DNA of 64,000 nt. It comes from Dehalococcoidia bacterium. GTDB lineage: Bacteria; Chloroflexota; Dehalococcoidia; DSTF01; RBG-16-68-14. The stretch spans positions 1-64,000 of the forward strand of contig JBBEBM010000004.1 of NCBI GenBank assembly GCA_040882355.1, given 5' to 3'. The position numbers were made by a program, and so were the translations under genes. Within the stretch, counting starts at the first letter, position 1; every line of letters starts with the position of its first letter. Positions 1 to 10,286 of this stretch are shown one piece after another. The notes below the pieces were generated by a model, which was not told where the DNA came from, ran no database searches, and worked only from the letters and a program-made list of their open reading frames with translations.

Positions 1-30
1 CGGGCGGCCACGTACGTCGCGCGCATGCGG

Positions 31-1182
31 TCAGTCGGCATCGAACTCGACCTGCGCCTCGTCGATCGAGGTCGCGAGCGTGTCCTGCAGGAGCGACTTC
101 GCGTCGTCGCTGTCGCGCAGGTAGGCGTCGAAGAAGGCAACGGCGTAGGTGCGCAGTAGCTCGCGCTGACGCTCGCCTTCAAGCACGGGGTCGACGCCGA
201 GGGGGTCGTCCTCGCAGCCCTGCGAGTTGAAGCCGCCGCCTTCCTCGCCCGCACCCTCGTCCTCGGGGGCGTCATTGTCGTCGTTGGAGCGCCCGCTGCC
301 GATGGCGGCGGACGCAATCGAATCGTCGGCGTCGATGTCGGCGAACTGGATGTGGTTGGCGCCGACGAGGTTCACGAAGTAGCGGGGCTGGTTGGCGATG
401 TCGTAGGGCTGACGGACGGTGGACGGTCGCACGAGCTGGTCTTCGGAGCCCGCGAGCGCCAGCAGCGGCACGTCGATGTCGGCGATGGTCTCGTCAGTGA
501 GGAAGCAGCCAGGCGCCGCGATCGGCAGCGGGGCGTCGACGCGCTCGTCGCGCGACTCCCCGTAGATGGTAAGGAGGTTGGTGAGGCCGCCGAGCGAGTG
601 GCCGGTGACACCGATCGTCTCGCCGTCGACTGCGCCCTCTAGGGGATGGCCCTCCTGCTCGCTGAGACCGATGAGGCTGTCGATGACGAAGGAGACGTCG
701 GCGGGCTGGTTGGTGACTGCGCCCAGGCGCGGGCCGCCGGGCGTGCCGAGGTGAGACTCCGGGAAGTCGGGCGCTGCGACGACGTAGCCGTGGCTGGCCA
801 GGTGCTGCCCGTACGAAGCCGAGAGCCGCGCAAGGCTGCTGAAGCCGTGCGCAAAGACGATCAGCGGGTACGGGCGGTCCTCAGTCGCCAGCGGCGCGTC
901 CTGCGCTTCAGGCCCGGCTGTCGCAGGGTCCGAGGGGTACCAGACCAGCGTGACGAGTGTGCGCTCGTCGGCGCCGGCGAAGTCGCCGTTGGGCTCGATG
1001 GAGCGGTTCGAATCGACGAGGTCGTAGGTCGCGACGCCGACGCCGTACGGGCCGCGCGCCGTTGCCTCGTCCAGAGTGGCGACGCCGACCGAATCGCTGG
1101 CGCCCGATGAGCAGGAGAGGAGGAGCGCGGCGGCGAGCGCCGTGAGCAGCAGGAGAGCGGCGGATCGAGGGATGTTGTGCAT
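31..1182 (-). CDS. Lipoprotein alpha/beta hydrolase (dienelactone hydrolase/chlorophyllase-like)
   Basis: Signal peptide with lipobox LLSC; PLIVFAHG, GYVVAAPD, nucleophile elbow GHSLGG, GSED, GANH; start set at MHNIPR. Confidence 0.8.
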   Translation of the reverse strand: MHNIPRSAALLLLTALAAALLLSCSSGASDSVGVATLDEATARGPYGVGVATYDLVDSNRSIEPNGDFAGADERTLVTLVWYPSDPATAGPEAQDAPLATEDRPYPLIVFAHGFSSLARLSASYGQHLASHGYVVAAPDFPESHLGTPGGPRLGAVTNQPADVSFVIDSLIGLSEQEGHPLEGAVDGETIGVTGHSLGGLTNLLTIYGESRDERVDAPLPIAAPGCFLTDETIADIDVPLLALAGSEDQLVRPSTVRQPYDIANQPRYFVNLVGANHIQFADIDADDSIASAAIGSGRSNDDNDAPEDEGAGEEGGGFNSQGCEDDPLGVDPVLEGERQRELLRTYAVAFFDAYLRDSDDAKSLLQDTLATSIDEAQVEFDAD

Positions 1183-1385
1183 CGTGGCGCCTTCCATCCT
1201 GTACGTCTGAGGCGTGCCGCCCGGGTTGGGTCAACCGAAGCGTCAGACGGCAGCGTGGCCAAATGTAGCCCCAGCTATGCTATACTACCAGTGCAAAGTG
1301 TCGAAAACCTATATAGCGTATGTTTGCCCCGTCCCGGCCCTGCCTCCGAACCGGGTGCAGCTAGAAGGGCTGGTAACTAGTAGTC

Positions 1386-1838
1386 TTGTTGCTCGATAAG
1401 ATAGCCGCGCTCAAGCTTCCAACGCCTCTCGCCGTGGCGAGCGGGACGAGTGTACGACAAGTAATCGACACGGTACAGCGCCAGCAGACGGGATGCGTCC
1501 TGGTCTGCGAGGGCACGCGTCTGGTCGGCATCATGACCGAGCGCGACGTGCTGATGAAGATCGTCGCGCGAGACGTCGGCTACGACGAGCCGGTCGACAA
1601 GTTCATGACCTCGGACCCAATCACCCTCACGCCGGAGCGGACGATCGGCGAAGGGATCGCGCTGATGAGCGACCACGGCATCCGCAACATTCCGGTCGTC
1701 GACCCGAAGACAGGGGAGGCGAAGGCGATCTTCCGCATCCAGGACGTGATCGACTACCTGGCCGAGTCGTTTCCGGGCCAGGTGTTGAACCTGCCGCCGC
1801 AGCCGCACCAGAAGATGAAGACTCCCGACGGAGCCTGA
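1386..1838 (+). CDS. CBS-pair domain protein
   Basis: Two CBS motifs ([28 protein letters not shown]); TTG start; directly upstream of korA. Confidence 0.85.
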   Translation: MLLDKIAALKLPTPLAVASGTSVRQVIDTVQRQQTGCVLVCEGTRLVGIMTERDVLMKIVARDVGYDEPVDKFMTSDPITLTPERTIGEGIALMSDHGIRNIPVVDPKTGEAKAIFRIQDVIDYLAESFPGQVLNLPPQPHQKMKTPDGA

Positions 1839-1855
1839 GCGAGGGAGCTGCATTC

Positions 1856-3712
1856 ATGGCCACGCAAAACGGAGAAGTCCAGGAGGTCGATCGAGTCACC
1901 ATCCGCTTCGCCGGAGACTCCGGCGACGGCATGCAGCTCGCCGGGCTGCAGTTCACCAACACCTCGGCCGTCTTCGGCAACGACGTGAGCACGATGCCCG
2001 ACTTCCCGGCCGAGATCCGGGCGCCGGCGGGATCGCTGCCGGGCGTGAGCGCCTTCCAGGTGAGCTTCTCCAGCTACGACATCTACACGCCGGGAGACGA
2101 GCCCGACGTCCTGGTGGCGATGAACCCGGCCGCGCTGAAGACGAACCTGCCGGACCTGATCAGAGGCGGCACGATCATCGTCAACGCCGACGAGTTCACC
2201 GAGTCGAACCTGAAGAAGGCCGCCTACGAATCGAACCCGATCGAGGACGGTAGTCTGGCCGGGTACCGCCTGATCCAGGTGCCGATCACCATGCTGAACC
2301 ACCGGGCGCTGGAGGACAGCGGCCTCTCGCTGCAGCAGATCGAGCGGTGCAAGAACTCGTTCGCGCTGGGCATCATGTTCTGGCTGTACGAGCGGCCGCT
2401 GGAGCCGACGTTGCGCTGGTTCGAGCACAAGTTCGCGAAAAACCCGGCGATCGCCGAGGCGAACGCCAAAGCGCTCAAGACGGGCTACCATTTCGGCGAG
2501 ACGGCGGAGCTGTTCCACGGCCACTACCGCGTGCCCCAGGCGCACTTGCCACCGGGCACCTATCGCAACATCACGGGTAACGAGGCGACGGCGCTCGGCT
2601 TCCTGACGGCGTCGCGGCTGGCTGGCCGGCCGCTCTTCTACGCCAGCTATCCGATTACACCTGCGAGCGACATCCTGCAGGAGCTCGCCCGGTTCAAGAA
2701 CTTCGGCGTAAAGACGCTGCAGGCGGAGGACGAGATCGCCGCAGTGGGCGCGGCGATCGGCGCGGCGTACGGAGGCAGCCTTGGCTTGACCGGGACCAGC
2801 GGTCCCGGTCTTGCGCTCAAGAGCGAGGCGATCGGCCTCGCCGTCATGACGGAGCTGCCGCTTGTCGTCGCGAACATCCAGCGCTCCGGCCCGAGCACCG
2901 GCATGCCGACGAAGTCCGAGCAGGCCGATCTCCTGCAGGCGATGTTCGGGCGGAGCGGCGAATCGCCTGTCGCTATCGTCGCGCCCGCCACGCCGGCGGA
3001 GTGTTTCACGATGGCGATCGAGGCGTTCCGTATCGCTGTGCGCTACATGGTGCCGGTGATCTTCCTCTCCGACGGTTACCTGGGGAGCAGCTCCGAACCG
3101 TGGCTGATCCCGAACATCGAAGACCTGCCGACCATCGACGTCCAGTTCGCCACCGACCCCGCTACGTTCCAGCCCTACGCCCGCGACCCGGAGACACTTG
3201 CGCGGCCGTGGGCGGTACCCGGCACGCCCGGCCTGGAGCATCGCATCGGCGGGCTGGAGAAGTCGGACATCACGGGCAACGTCAGCTACGACGCTGAGAA
3301 CCACATGCGCATGGTGAGCTATCGCGCCGAGAAGGTGGCCCGCATCGCCAACGACATCCCTAAGATAGAGGTGTTCGGCGATCATGAGGGCGAGCTGCTG
3401 GTGCTGGGCTGGGGCAGCACGCACGGGACGATCCTCTCGGCTGTGCAGCGCGCGCGGGCGAAGGGTCTCTCCGTCTCGCACGCGCACGTGCGCTACATGA
3501 ACCCGCTGCCGTCCAACCTGGGCGAGATCCTGGGCCGGTATGAGAAGGTGCTGATCCCGGAGCTGAACCTGGGCCAGCTCAGGCTGCTGGTGCGGGGCCG
3601 GTATCTGATCGACGCCGTCGGCCTGAACCAGGTGACGGGACGCCCGTTCAAGACGAGCGCGGTCGAAGCGAAGATCTACGAGCTGACGCAGAGCAAGGTG
3701 AGCGTGCGATGA
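1856..3712 (+). CDS. korA: 2-oxoacid:ferredoxin oxidoreductase alpha subunit (2-oxoglutarate type)
   Basis: [43 protein letters not shown] motifs; start ATG 1856 after GAGGGAG RBS. Confidence 0.95.
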   Translation: MATQNGEVQEVDRVTIRFAGDSGDGMQLAGLQFTNTSAVFGNDVSTMPDFPAEIRAPAGSLPGVSAFQVSFSSYDIYTPGDEPDVLVAMNPAALKTNLPDLIRGGTIIVNADEFTESNLKKAAYESNPIEDGSLAGYRLIQVPITMLNHRALEDSGLSLQQIERCKNSFALGIMFWLYERPLEPTLRWFEHKFAKNPAIAEANAKALKTGYHFGETAELFHGHYRVPQAHLPPGTYRNITGNEATALGFLTASRLAGRPLFYASYPITPASDILQELARFKNFGVKTLQAEDEIAAVGAAIGAAYGGSLGLTGTSGPGLALKSEAIGLAVMTELPLVVANIQRSGPSTGMPTKSEQADLLQAMFGRSGESPVAIVAPATPAECFTMAIEAFRIAVRYMVPVIFLSDGYLGSSSEPWLIPNIEDLPTIDVQFATDPATFQPYARDPETLARPWAVPGTPGLEHRIGGLEKSDITGNVSYDAENHMRMVSYRAEKVARIANDIPKIEVFGDHEGELLVLGWGSTHGTILSAVQRARAKGLSVSHAHVRYMNPLPSNLGEILGRYEKVLIPELNLGQLRLLVRGRYLIDAVGLNQVTGRPFKTSAVEAKIYELTQSKVSVR

Positions 3713-4737
3713 CTTCCGTAGCGCCTGGCGACCGGTCGGTCCTCACCCGCAAGGACTTCGTCTCTGACCAGGAGGTGCGCTGGTGCCCCGGCTGCGGCGA
3801 CTACGCCATCCTGGCGCAGACGCAAAAGCTGCTGCCGGACCTGGGCATCGAGAAGGAGAAGATCGTCTTCATCTCGGGCATCGGCTGCAGCAGCCGGCTG
3901 CCGTATTACGTCGATACCTACGGGTTCCACAGCATCCACGGACGGGCGCCGGCCATTGCCAGCGGGCTGAAGGCGTCGAGGCCGGACCTCCAGGTCTGGG
4001 TGATCACCGGCGACGGCGACGGCCTGAGCATTGGTGGCAACCACCTGCTGCACATCCTGCGGCGCAATATGGACGTGACGATCGTCCTTTTCAACAACCG
4101 CATCTACGGGCTGACAAAGGGCCAGTACTCGCCTACGTCCGAGCTGGGCAAGCGCACGAAGACGTCGCCGGTCGGCTCGATCGATCACCCGGTGAACCCG
4201 CTGATGTTCGCGCTGGGCGCGGGCGCGACGTTCGTTGCGCGGTCTATCGACAACGATCTCCGCCACCTCGTCGCGACGCTCGAGCGCGCGGCCCACCACA
4301 AAGGGACGTCGTTCGTCGAGGTCTACCAGAACTGCGTCGTCTACAACGATGACGCCTTCATCGGCTTTACGGACAAGCAGGTGCGTCTCGATAGGACGGT
4401 CACGCTCGAGCACGGCAAGCCTCTCGTCTTCGGAAAAGAGAGCAACATGGGGATCCGCCTCAACGGTCTGAAGCCGGAAGCCGTCTCGCTGGGTAATGGC
4501 GTCACCGAAGGAGATCTGCTGGTCCACGACGAGCAGGCGGCAGAACCGACGCTGGCGTTCACGCTAGCGCAGATGGAGTACCCCGAGCTGCCGGTGCCGC
4601 TCGGCGTGCTGCGCGCGGTGGCACGCCCCACATACGAGACGCTCATGGCACAGCAGATCGAGGACGTCATCGCCCGGCAGGGCGAGGGCGACCTGGCCTC
4701 GCTGTTCATGGAAGGCGACACCTGGACGGTAGAGTAG
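3709..4737 (+). CDS. korB: 2-oxoacid:ferredoxin oxidoreductase beta subunit
   Basis: WCPGCGD, SGIGCS, TPP motif GDGD...[17 protein letters not shown] overlap with korA. Confidence 0.95.
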   Translation: MTSVAPGDRSVLTRKDFVSDQEVRWCPGCGDYAILAQTQKLLPDLGIEKEKIVFISGIGCSSRLPYYVDTYGFHSIHGRAPAIASGLKASRPDLQVWVITGDGDGLSIGGNHLLHILRRNMDVTIVLFNNRIYGLTKGQYSPTSELGKRTKTSPVGSIDHPVNPLMFALGAGATFVARSIDNDLRHLVATLERAAHHKGTSFVEVYQNCVVYNDDAFIGFTDKQVRLDRTVTLEHGKPLVFGKESNMGIRLNGLKPEAVSLGNGVTEGDLLVHDEQAAEPTLAFTLAQMEYPELPVPLGVLRAVARPTYETLMAQQIEDVIARQGEGDLASLFMEGDTWTVE

Positions 4738-4741
4738 CCCG

Positions 4742-5269
4742 ATGATCTGCCCATCCTGCAAGACGGACAACATCGCCGGGGCCGACTTCTGCGAGAGCTG
4801 CGGGCACGACCTGCATGAGCTGGCGCTGCCGAGCGCCGACGACGCGTTCAGCGCGCACCTGATCCATGACAGGCTTCGCGATCTGGGCGTCGAGCAGTCG
4901 CTGATCGTGGCGCCGGGCGATCCGGTGGCGCTGGCCATCCACGTCATGCAACGCCACGGGACGGAGTGCGTGCTGGTGCAAGAGCAGGACCGGCTCGTCG
5001 GCATCCTCACCGAGCGCGACATCTTGCTCAAGGCGGCCGGCGGCCGGGTCGACCTGAATGCGGTCGCCGTGCGCGAGATCATGACGCCGGACCCGGTGTT
5101 CTTGACCGGCGATGACACGTTGGCCGTTGCGCTGCATGCGATGTCGGTCGGCGGCTTCCGCCACATCCCCATCGTGCAGGCGGGGCAGGGCATGCGCGTG
5201 GTGTCCGTCCAGGACGTCTTTCGCCACGTGAGCGCCTTTATCCACGAGGCCGCGCCCTCCGCCACGTAG
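4742..5269 (+). CDS. Zinc-ribbon + CBS-pair protein
   Basis: N-terminal CPSC..CESC ribbon followed by CBS motifs LVGILTERD, IMTPDPV, GFRHIPIV. Confidence 0.88.
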   Translation: MICPSCKTDNIAGADFCESCGHDLHELALPSADDAFSAHLIHDRLRDLGVEQSLIVAPGDPVALAIHVMQRHGTECVLVQEQDRLVGILTERDILLKAAGGRVDLNAVAVREIMTPDPVFLTGDDTLAVALHAMSVGGFRHIPIVQAGQGMRVVSVQDVFRHVSAFIHEAAPSAT

Positions 5270-5409
5270 CCGGGCGCTGAAAAGCCCAAGAACCACGTTC
5301 CTTCGTTCCCGCCCACCCGCCCGGTGGTGTTTGGGTGAATTCGGGGGGACACCCCCCAGGCCCTCCCGCAGGGACGGCGCCTCCTGCGCCCCGCTTTCCA
5401 ACGCCTGCT
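5268..5409. mobile_element. Putative MITE-like element with imperfect terminal inverted repeats
   Basis: Left end AGCCGGGCGCTGAAAAG vs reverse complement of right end AGCAGGCGTTGGAAAG; internal GGGGGGACACCCCCC hairpin; partial second copy at 6869-6920. Confidence 0.5.
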
Positions 5410-5488
5410 CAGCGCGCTCGACCGGTCTGCGACTGCCACAGGCACGAGAAAGCCGCCGAACTGCGTGTCCGGCGGCTGCGGATTCCGA

Positions 5489-5565
5489 TGGCGACCCCGA
5501 GCGGATTCGAACCGCCGATCTCCGCCTTGACAGGGCGGCGTGTTGGGCCACTACACCACGGGGCC
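5489..5565 (-). tRNA. tRNA-Asp(GTC)
   Basis: Reverse complement folds as a 77-nt cloverleaf: GGCCCCG acceptor stem, CTGTCAA anticodon loop, GGTTCGAATCC T-arm, encoded CCA. Confidence 0.97.
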
Positions 5566-5701
5566 GTCAATGCGCCGGCCCGGCTGGCCCGGCGCTTCCC
5601 AAAAGTGTAGCATACTCCGGCCGGCCGGGGTCAACGCCGCCCGGCAACCGGGGCTTGTGCGCCTGCTGGAACATACGCCGAATCTCTTGTACGATATAAA
5701 A

Positions 5702-5980
5702 CGGTTTTGCGTGCTGGCTTCATCGGCTGGAACACCGACGTTCCGCGGCGGTCATCCCCATCAGGGAGTTCGACGCCGTTCAGTTCGACATGAGGCCCCC
5801 GACCAATGGGCGAGTCACCGTCGAGGCCCGCGCCAAGGCCCGAAACGAACATGTCCTGGCCGTAAGAGCTGGGGAAGTCAGCGTTGGACGCTCAAGATCG
5901 CGAAGCGATCCTCTCGTCCGCAAGGCACCGCCTGATGGCATGGAATCTTGCGGAGAGGGGGGCGGTGGGGCCGCTCCTGT
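5702..5980 (+). ncRNA. Candidate structured non-coding RNA (family unassigned)
   Basis: TACGAT -10 at 5690-5695; nested helices 5735-5742/5880-5887, 5755-5760/5870-5875, 5768-5772/5846-5850, 5785-5789/5820-5824, then three hairpins; no credible ORF. Confidence 0.4.
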
Positions 5981-6153
5981 TGCTTGACTCACGCGTGGTC
6001 GCGCACTCCCGGGCACCGAACGGCGGCTGCTTCAGGAGTGCGGCCTGCTGCCCGCTGACCCTCGCCGTCGCGCGAGAGTCAGGGAGTTGCCGGATGGCGA
6101 CAGCGCGCGGCCTGAGATAATGTAAGAGGGAAAGGCGAGGCACAGCCAGAGCA

Positions 6154-6870
6154 ATGCTTACGATTCTCATTGAAGGAGCCCGCGAGCTTGGCCTGGAGCT
6201 CACGCCGGAACAGGTCGATCAGTTCCAGGCGTACTACGAGACCCTGGTGGATTGGGCGGAGCGGGTCAGCCTAACATCGGTGAAGGACGAGGAGGGTGTC
6301 CAGCGGCGCCATTTCCTGGAATCGGCAGCGCTGATCCCGATCGTCCAGGCGGAAGGCTTTAGCTGGGAGGGCCGGTCGCTCGTCGATGTTGGCAGCGGCA
6401 CCGGCGTCCCCGGCATCCCGTTGAAGATCCTGGTACCCAGCCTGAAGCTCACGCTGGTCGAGGCGAAGCAGCGCAAGGCGGAGTTCCTGGGGGACCTGCT
6501 GCCGAAGGTCGGCCTGACGGACGTTACAGTGATCACGCGGCGGGCCGAGGAAGCCGGCCGCCATCCGCACTACCGGGAGCAGTACGACTTCGCGGTGGCG
6601 AAGGCGCTGGCGCCGCTCCGAACGCTGCTGGAGCTCACGCTGCCATTCGTTCACATGGGCGGTCTGGTGATGGCTCCGAAGGGCAAGGAGTCCGAGCAGG
6701 AAGTGAAGGAGGCGGCGGTGTCCCTCGAGACGCTCAAGGGCTCTGTGCGCGGCGTCTTCCCGCTTGCGCTGGCAGAGTCGGGCCAGTCGGTCGTCCTGGT
6801 CGACAAGGTGCTGCCTACGCCGATGCGCTTCCCGCGCCGGCCGGGCATACCCGCCAAGCGGCCTCTCTAG
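6154..6870 (+). CDS. rsmG: 16S rRNA m7G527 methyltransferase RsmG/GidB
   Basis: RHFLES, DVGSGTGVPGIPL, RAEEAG, YREQYD, C-terminal FPRRPGIPAKRPL. Confidence 0.95.
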   Translation: MLTILIEGARELGLELTPEQVDQFQAYYETLVDWAERVSLTSVKDEEGVQRRHFLESAALIPIVQAEGFSWEGRSLVDVGSGTGVPGIPLKILVPSLKLTLVEAKQRKAEFLGDLLPKVGLTDVTVITRRAEEAGRHPHYREQYDFAVAKALAPLRTLLELTLPFVHMGGLVMAPKGKESEQEVKEAAVSLETLKGSVRGVFPLALAESGQSVVLVDKVLPTPMRFPRRPGIPAKRPL

Positions 6871-6920
6871 GCGGGTGCTGAAGAAGCCCAAGCATCAACG
6901 CCACTCGTTCCCACCCACCG
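6869..6920. repeat. Truncated copy of the 5268-5409 element
   Basis: GGGTGCTGAAGAAGCCCAAG...CTCGTTCCCACCCACC matches GGGCGCTGAAAAGCCCAAG...TTCGTTCCCGCCCACC; both overlap a TAG stop. Confidence 0.55.
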
Positions 6921-7044
6921 ACACGGTAAGGGCGTAGGCGCGTCACCAATAGGCTGTGCGAACGGCAGGGCGGTGCTATACTACGCGCAATCGAAAACGG
7001 CTTGTCCGCTGGATGCGATCGAACGCCACACGGAGACGCGCGCC

Positions 7045-7689
7045 ATGATGCCGCTCGAACCCCGCCTAGACTTGGGAATCCTCACCGACCGCCTCCAGCG
7101 CCTGGTCCGCCTGGACACCAGCGTCTTCGATGAAGTGCGGCAGGACCCGGCCGCGACCACGCCGGCAGTCCTCGTCGTCGTCCTGTCGACGTTCCTCTCC
7201 GGTGTGGGCGGCTGGCTCTGGTGGATGCTGAAGGACTTCGGTGACGGCCGCGATGTCCTGGTCGAATCAGTGCTCCTGGGCAGCGTCTTCTCGATCGCGC
7301 TCTGGATCGTGTGGTTGCTGGTGGCGTGGGTGATCCTGACGCAGGTCTTTCGGGAAGAGGCTGACTGGCAGCAGATGCTGCGCACGATGGGCATGGCCTC
7401 GGCGCCGCTGGCGATCTCTGTCGTGATGTTCATCCCGGGCATCGACTTCGGGATCGCGCTCGCGTCCATCGCGCTCTTCTTCGGCCTGACGACGATCGCT
7501 ATTCAGGCGGTGACGACGGCCAACGCCGCCCGCGTGCTGGTGGCGAACCTGGTGGGCTTCGGCGTCTGGGCGATGGTGCTGGGCCTGCTCGTGAACGGCG
7601 AGAGCTTCTTCGCGCCGGGCATCTTCTTGATGAACGCGCCGGTGGACGCGCTGAGCGAGCTCTCCGGCATCTTCGACGAACTGAACTGA
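7045..7689 (+). CDS. YIP1-like multi-pass membrane protein
   Basis: LDTSVFDEV..DP.AT..A motif, ~5 hydrophobic helices, LRTMGMASAP; start MMPLEP. Confidence 0.7.
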   Translation: MMPLEPRLDLGILTDRLQRLVRLDTSVFDEVRQDPAATTPAVLVVVLSTFLSGVGGWLWWMLKDFGDGRDVLVESVLLGSVFSIALWIVWLLVAWVILTQVFREEADWQQMLRTMGMASAPLAISVVMFIPGIDFGIALASIALFFGLTTIAIQAVTTANAARVLVANLVGFGVWAMVLGLLVNGESFFAPGIFLMNAPVDALSELSGIFDELN

Positions 7690-7751
7690 TCTCGCCTCGA
7701 AGCCGTCCTGTATCATGGAGGGCGCGCGTCGACTGACGCGCGTCGTTTCGC

Positions 7752-9005
7752 ATGATGACGCTCTCACCCCAGGAACGACACGCCTACGAGGCGAACATCT
7801 GGAAGTCGTACCTCTTCCAGTTCCTCACCTCGTTCCAGCTCTGGTGGCCCGTGTGGGTGCTCTACCTGACCGACTTCCGGGGCTTTTCGCTCACGCAGGT
7901 CGGCGGGCTGGAGGGGCTGTTCTGGGTGGTCATCGTGCTCGGCGAGGTGCCAACGGGAGCGGTGGCGGACCGCTTCGGGCGGAAGATATCGCTGATCCTG
8001 GGCGCCATGTGCACGATCGCGGCGATCCTGGTCTTCGGATTCGCGACGAACTACTGGATCGTCCTACTCTCGTACGTCGCGTGGGGCCTGGGCCTCACCT
8101 TCCAGTCGGGCGCGGACTCGGCGATGGTGTTCGAGAGCCTGAAGGCGGTGGGCCGCGAGCGGGACTATCAGCGAGTGGCCGGCGTGAGCTGGGGGCTGTT
8201 CTCGCTGGGGATGCTGGCCGGGCTGCTGGTGGGGGCGCCGCTGGCGCAGGGGACGGACCTGGCGTTTCCCGTGCGGCTGAGCGCGGGGATCGCCTTTCTG
8301 ACGCTCCTCGTCTCCTTCACGCTGAAGGAGCCTGCCCTACCCCATGGCGAGACCCGCCTGTCGTACTCCAAGCTCTTCGGCGAGAGTATGCGCACGGTGC
8401 GGAGCCAGCCCGCGGTGCGGTCGATGCTGGTGCTGGCGGCGCTGATCATGGCCGTCGCGAACCCGATCATCGTGTTCAGCCAGCCGTTCCTCGATGCGCA
8501 CGACGTATCGATCGGCATGCTGGGTGTCGCCCAGGCGCCGACGCGTCTCGCCGGCATCCTGGGCGCGGTGACGGCGTACCGGATCAGCGCAGCGTTCGGC
8601 CTGCGCGCGACGATGATCACGGTGCCGGTGATCTGCGTCGCTTCGTACGCGCTGCTGGGCGGCTGGAACTCGGTCTTCGCGTTCGCCGCGACGTCGGCGA
8701 TCGTCCTGGCGCAGAGCGTCGCGATGCCGGTCACGGCCGACTATCTGAACCACCGCATCCCGAACGCGCAGCGGGCGACGATCCTCTCGATGCGGCAGTT
8801 GTTGACGAGCGTCGCCATCGTCGCTCTGCAGCCGGGCCTGGGCCTGATCGCCGACGAGGTGTCACTGCAGGCGGTGTTCTGGACGACGGCGGCGTTCATC
8901 GGGGCGCTGGCGCCGTTCGCCCTCTTCCTCTGGCTCCGTGCCGACAGCAACGAAGGACGCCAGGAGGTCGTTCCCGCTCCGGCGGCCGAGGCTGCGGGGT
9001 CCTAG
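7752..9005 (+). CDS. MFS transporter
   Basis: EVPTGAVADRFGRK (MFS motif A), SGADSA, RATILS; ~12 TM segments. Confidence 0.92.
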   Translation: MMTLSPQERHAYEANIWKSYLFQFLTSFQLWWPVWVLYLTDFRGFSLTQVGGLEGLFWVVIVLGEVPTGAVADRFGRKISLILGAMCTIAAILVFGFATNYWIVLLSYVAWGLGLTFQSGADSAMVFESLKAVGRERDYQRVAGVSWGLFSLGMLAGLLVGAPLAQGTDLAFPVRLSAGIAFLTLLVSFTLKEPALPHGETRLSYSKLFGESMRTVRSQPAVRSMLVLAALIMAVANPIIVFSQPFLDAHDVSIGMLGVAQAPTRLAGILGAVTAYRISAAFGLRATMITVPVICVASYALLGGWNSVFAFAATSAIVLAQSVAMPVTADYLNHRIPNAQRATILSMRQLLTSVAIVALQPGLGLIADEVSLQAVFWTTAAFIGALAPFALFLWLRADSNEGRQEVVPAPAAEAAGS

Positions 9006-10168
9006 GCGACGGCGCCACGTTCGCGCAAGGCGGCGATGGCAGCGGCGTCGTTGCCGAGCTCGGCGAGCACGTCGTCCGTGTGCTGGCCGACGGCGGGGCC
9101 GGGCGAGCGCACCGCCCCCGGCGTGTCAGAGAGCTTGGTGCCGATGCCCACCTGCTTCACCTTGCCCGCCTTCTCGTGCTCGACTTCGATCACCATGTTG
9201 CGCGCCAGGTTGTGCGGGTCCTGGAGCGCCTGGTCGATCGAGTAGACAGGCGCGGCGCAGATGTCGGTCTGCTTGAGGATTTCGAACCATTCGTCGCGGG
9301 TCTTCGACATGAACTGCCCCCGCAGGTGGGCGAAGATCTCATCGCGCTTCTCGCCGCTGTACTGGTAGGGGATGTAGTCTTCGCAGCCCATGACCCGGCA
9401 GAGGTTTGCCCAGAAGTGCGGCTCCAGGCTGCCCAGGCTGATCCAGCCGCCGTCCTTGCACTGGTAGACGTTGTAGGCGGGAACGTGGCCGTTGAGGACG
9501 TTCTGGCCGGGCAGCGGCACGCCGCCCGTCGCGTAGTAAGCGCTGATCGACATCGCCAGCAAGTAGAGGACGCCGTCGGACATGGCGATATCGACGTACT
9601 GCCCGCGGCCCGTGCGGCCCCGGGCGTAGAGCGCGGCCAGGATACCGTAGGCGGCGTGCATGCCGCCGCCCGCGAAGTCGGCGATGACGTTCATCGGGAT
9701 CGCGGGCGGCGTGTCCGGCCAACCGATCATGCCGAGCGCGCCGCCGACGGAGATGTAGTTGATGTCGTGGCCGACGAGCTGCGAGTAGGGGCCCGTCTGG
9801 CCATAGCCGGAGAGGGAGCAGTAGACGAGGCGCGGGTTCTTCGCGCTGAGCGTCTCGTAGTCGACGCCCAGGCGCTTGACGACACCCGGCCGGAAGCCCT
9901 CGACGACGACGTCGGCCTCCTCCGCCATGCGATAGAAGATGCCGCGCGCTTCGTCGTCGCGCAGGTTGAGCACCATGCTCCGCTTGTTGCGGCGGAGGGC
10001 GTCGTAGGCCTCGCCGAAGCGGGCGCCCGCGCCGGCTGCGGCCTTGCTGTCGGAGGGCGGCTCGATGAGCAGCACGTCGGCGCCCATGTCGCCGAGCAGC
10101 ATCGTGCAGAAGGGCCCGGGCGCGAGGCGCGAAAGGTCGAGGATGCGAATGTCATCGAGTGGGAGCAT
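9002..10168 (-). CDS. CaiB/BaiF family class III CoA-transferase
   Basis: LDLSRLAPGPF, RNKRS, EGFRPGV, SGYGQTGP, GHDINY, IADFAGG. Confidence 0.93.
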   Translation of the reverse strand: MLPLDDIRILDLSRLAPGPFCTMLLGDMGADVLLIEPPSDSKAAAGAGARFGEAYDALRRNKRSMVLNLRDDEARGIFYRMAEEADVVVEGFRPGVVKRLGVDYETLSAKNPRLVYCSLSGYGQTGPYSQLVGHDINYISVGGALGMIGWPDTPPAIPMNVIADFAGGGMHAAYGILAALYARGRTGRGQYVDIAMSDGVLYLLAMSISAYYATGGVPLPGQNVLNGHVPAYNVYQCKDGGWISLGSLEPHFWANLCRVMGCEDYIPYQYSGEKRDEIFAHLRGQFMSKTRDEWFEILKQTDICAAPVYSIDQALQDPHNLARNMVIEVEHEKAGKVKQVGIGTKLSDTPGAVRSPGPAVGQHTDDVLAELGNDAAAIAALRERGAVA

Positions 10169-10286
10169 GAGCGGGTCCTCCAGGGCGAAAGTGCGCCGGA
10201 CGGGAACCGTCCGGCGGCCACATTGTACACGAGGCGAGGGCCGAGGGCGGAAGAGCCTTGCGTTGTCGACGTTCGATGCGGGTGCC

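Noticed and set aside
1493..1855. N-terminal extension of korA in the ORF track
   Set aside because: Overlaps the CBS gene in another frame; RBS and homology start at ATG 1856
5729..5744. GGAAC-N6-GTTCC as a LexA box
   Set aside because: Spacer is 6 nt rather than 4; more likely an RNA hairpin or chance
5702..5980. Assignment as 6S RNA, SRP RNA or a named riboswitch
   Set aside because: No diagnostic consensus matched by eye; kept only as an unassigned candidate
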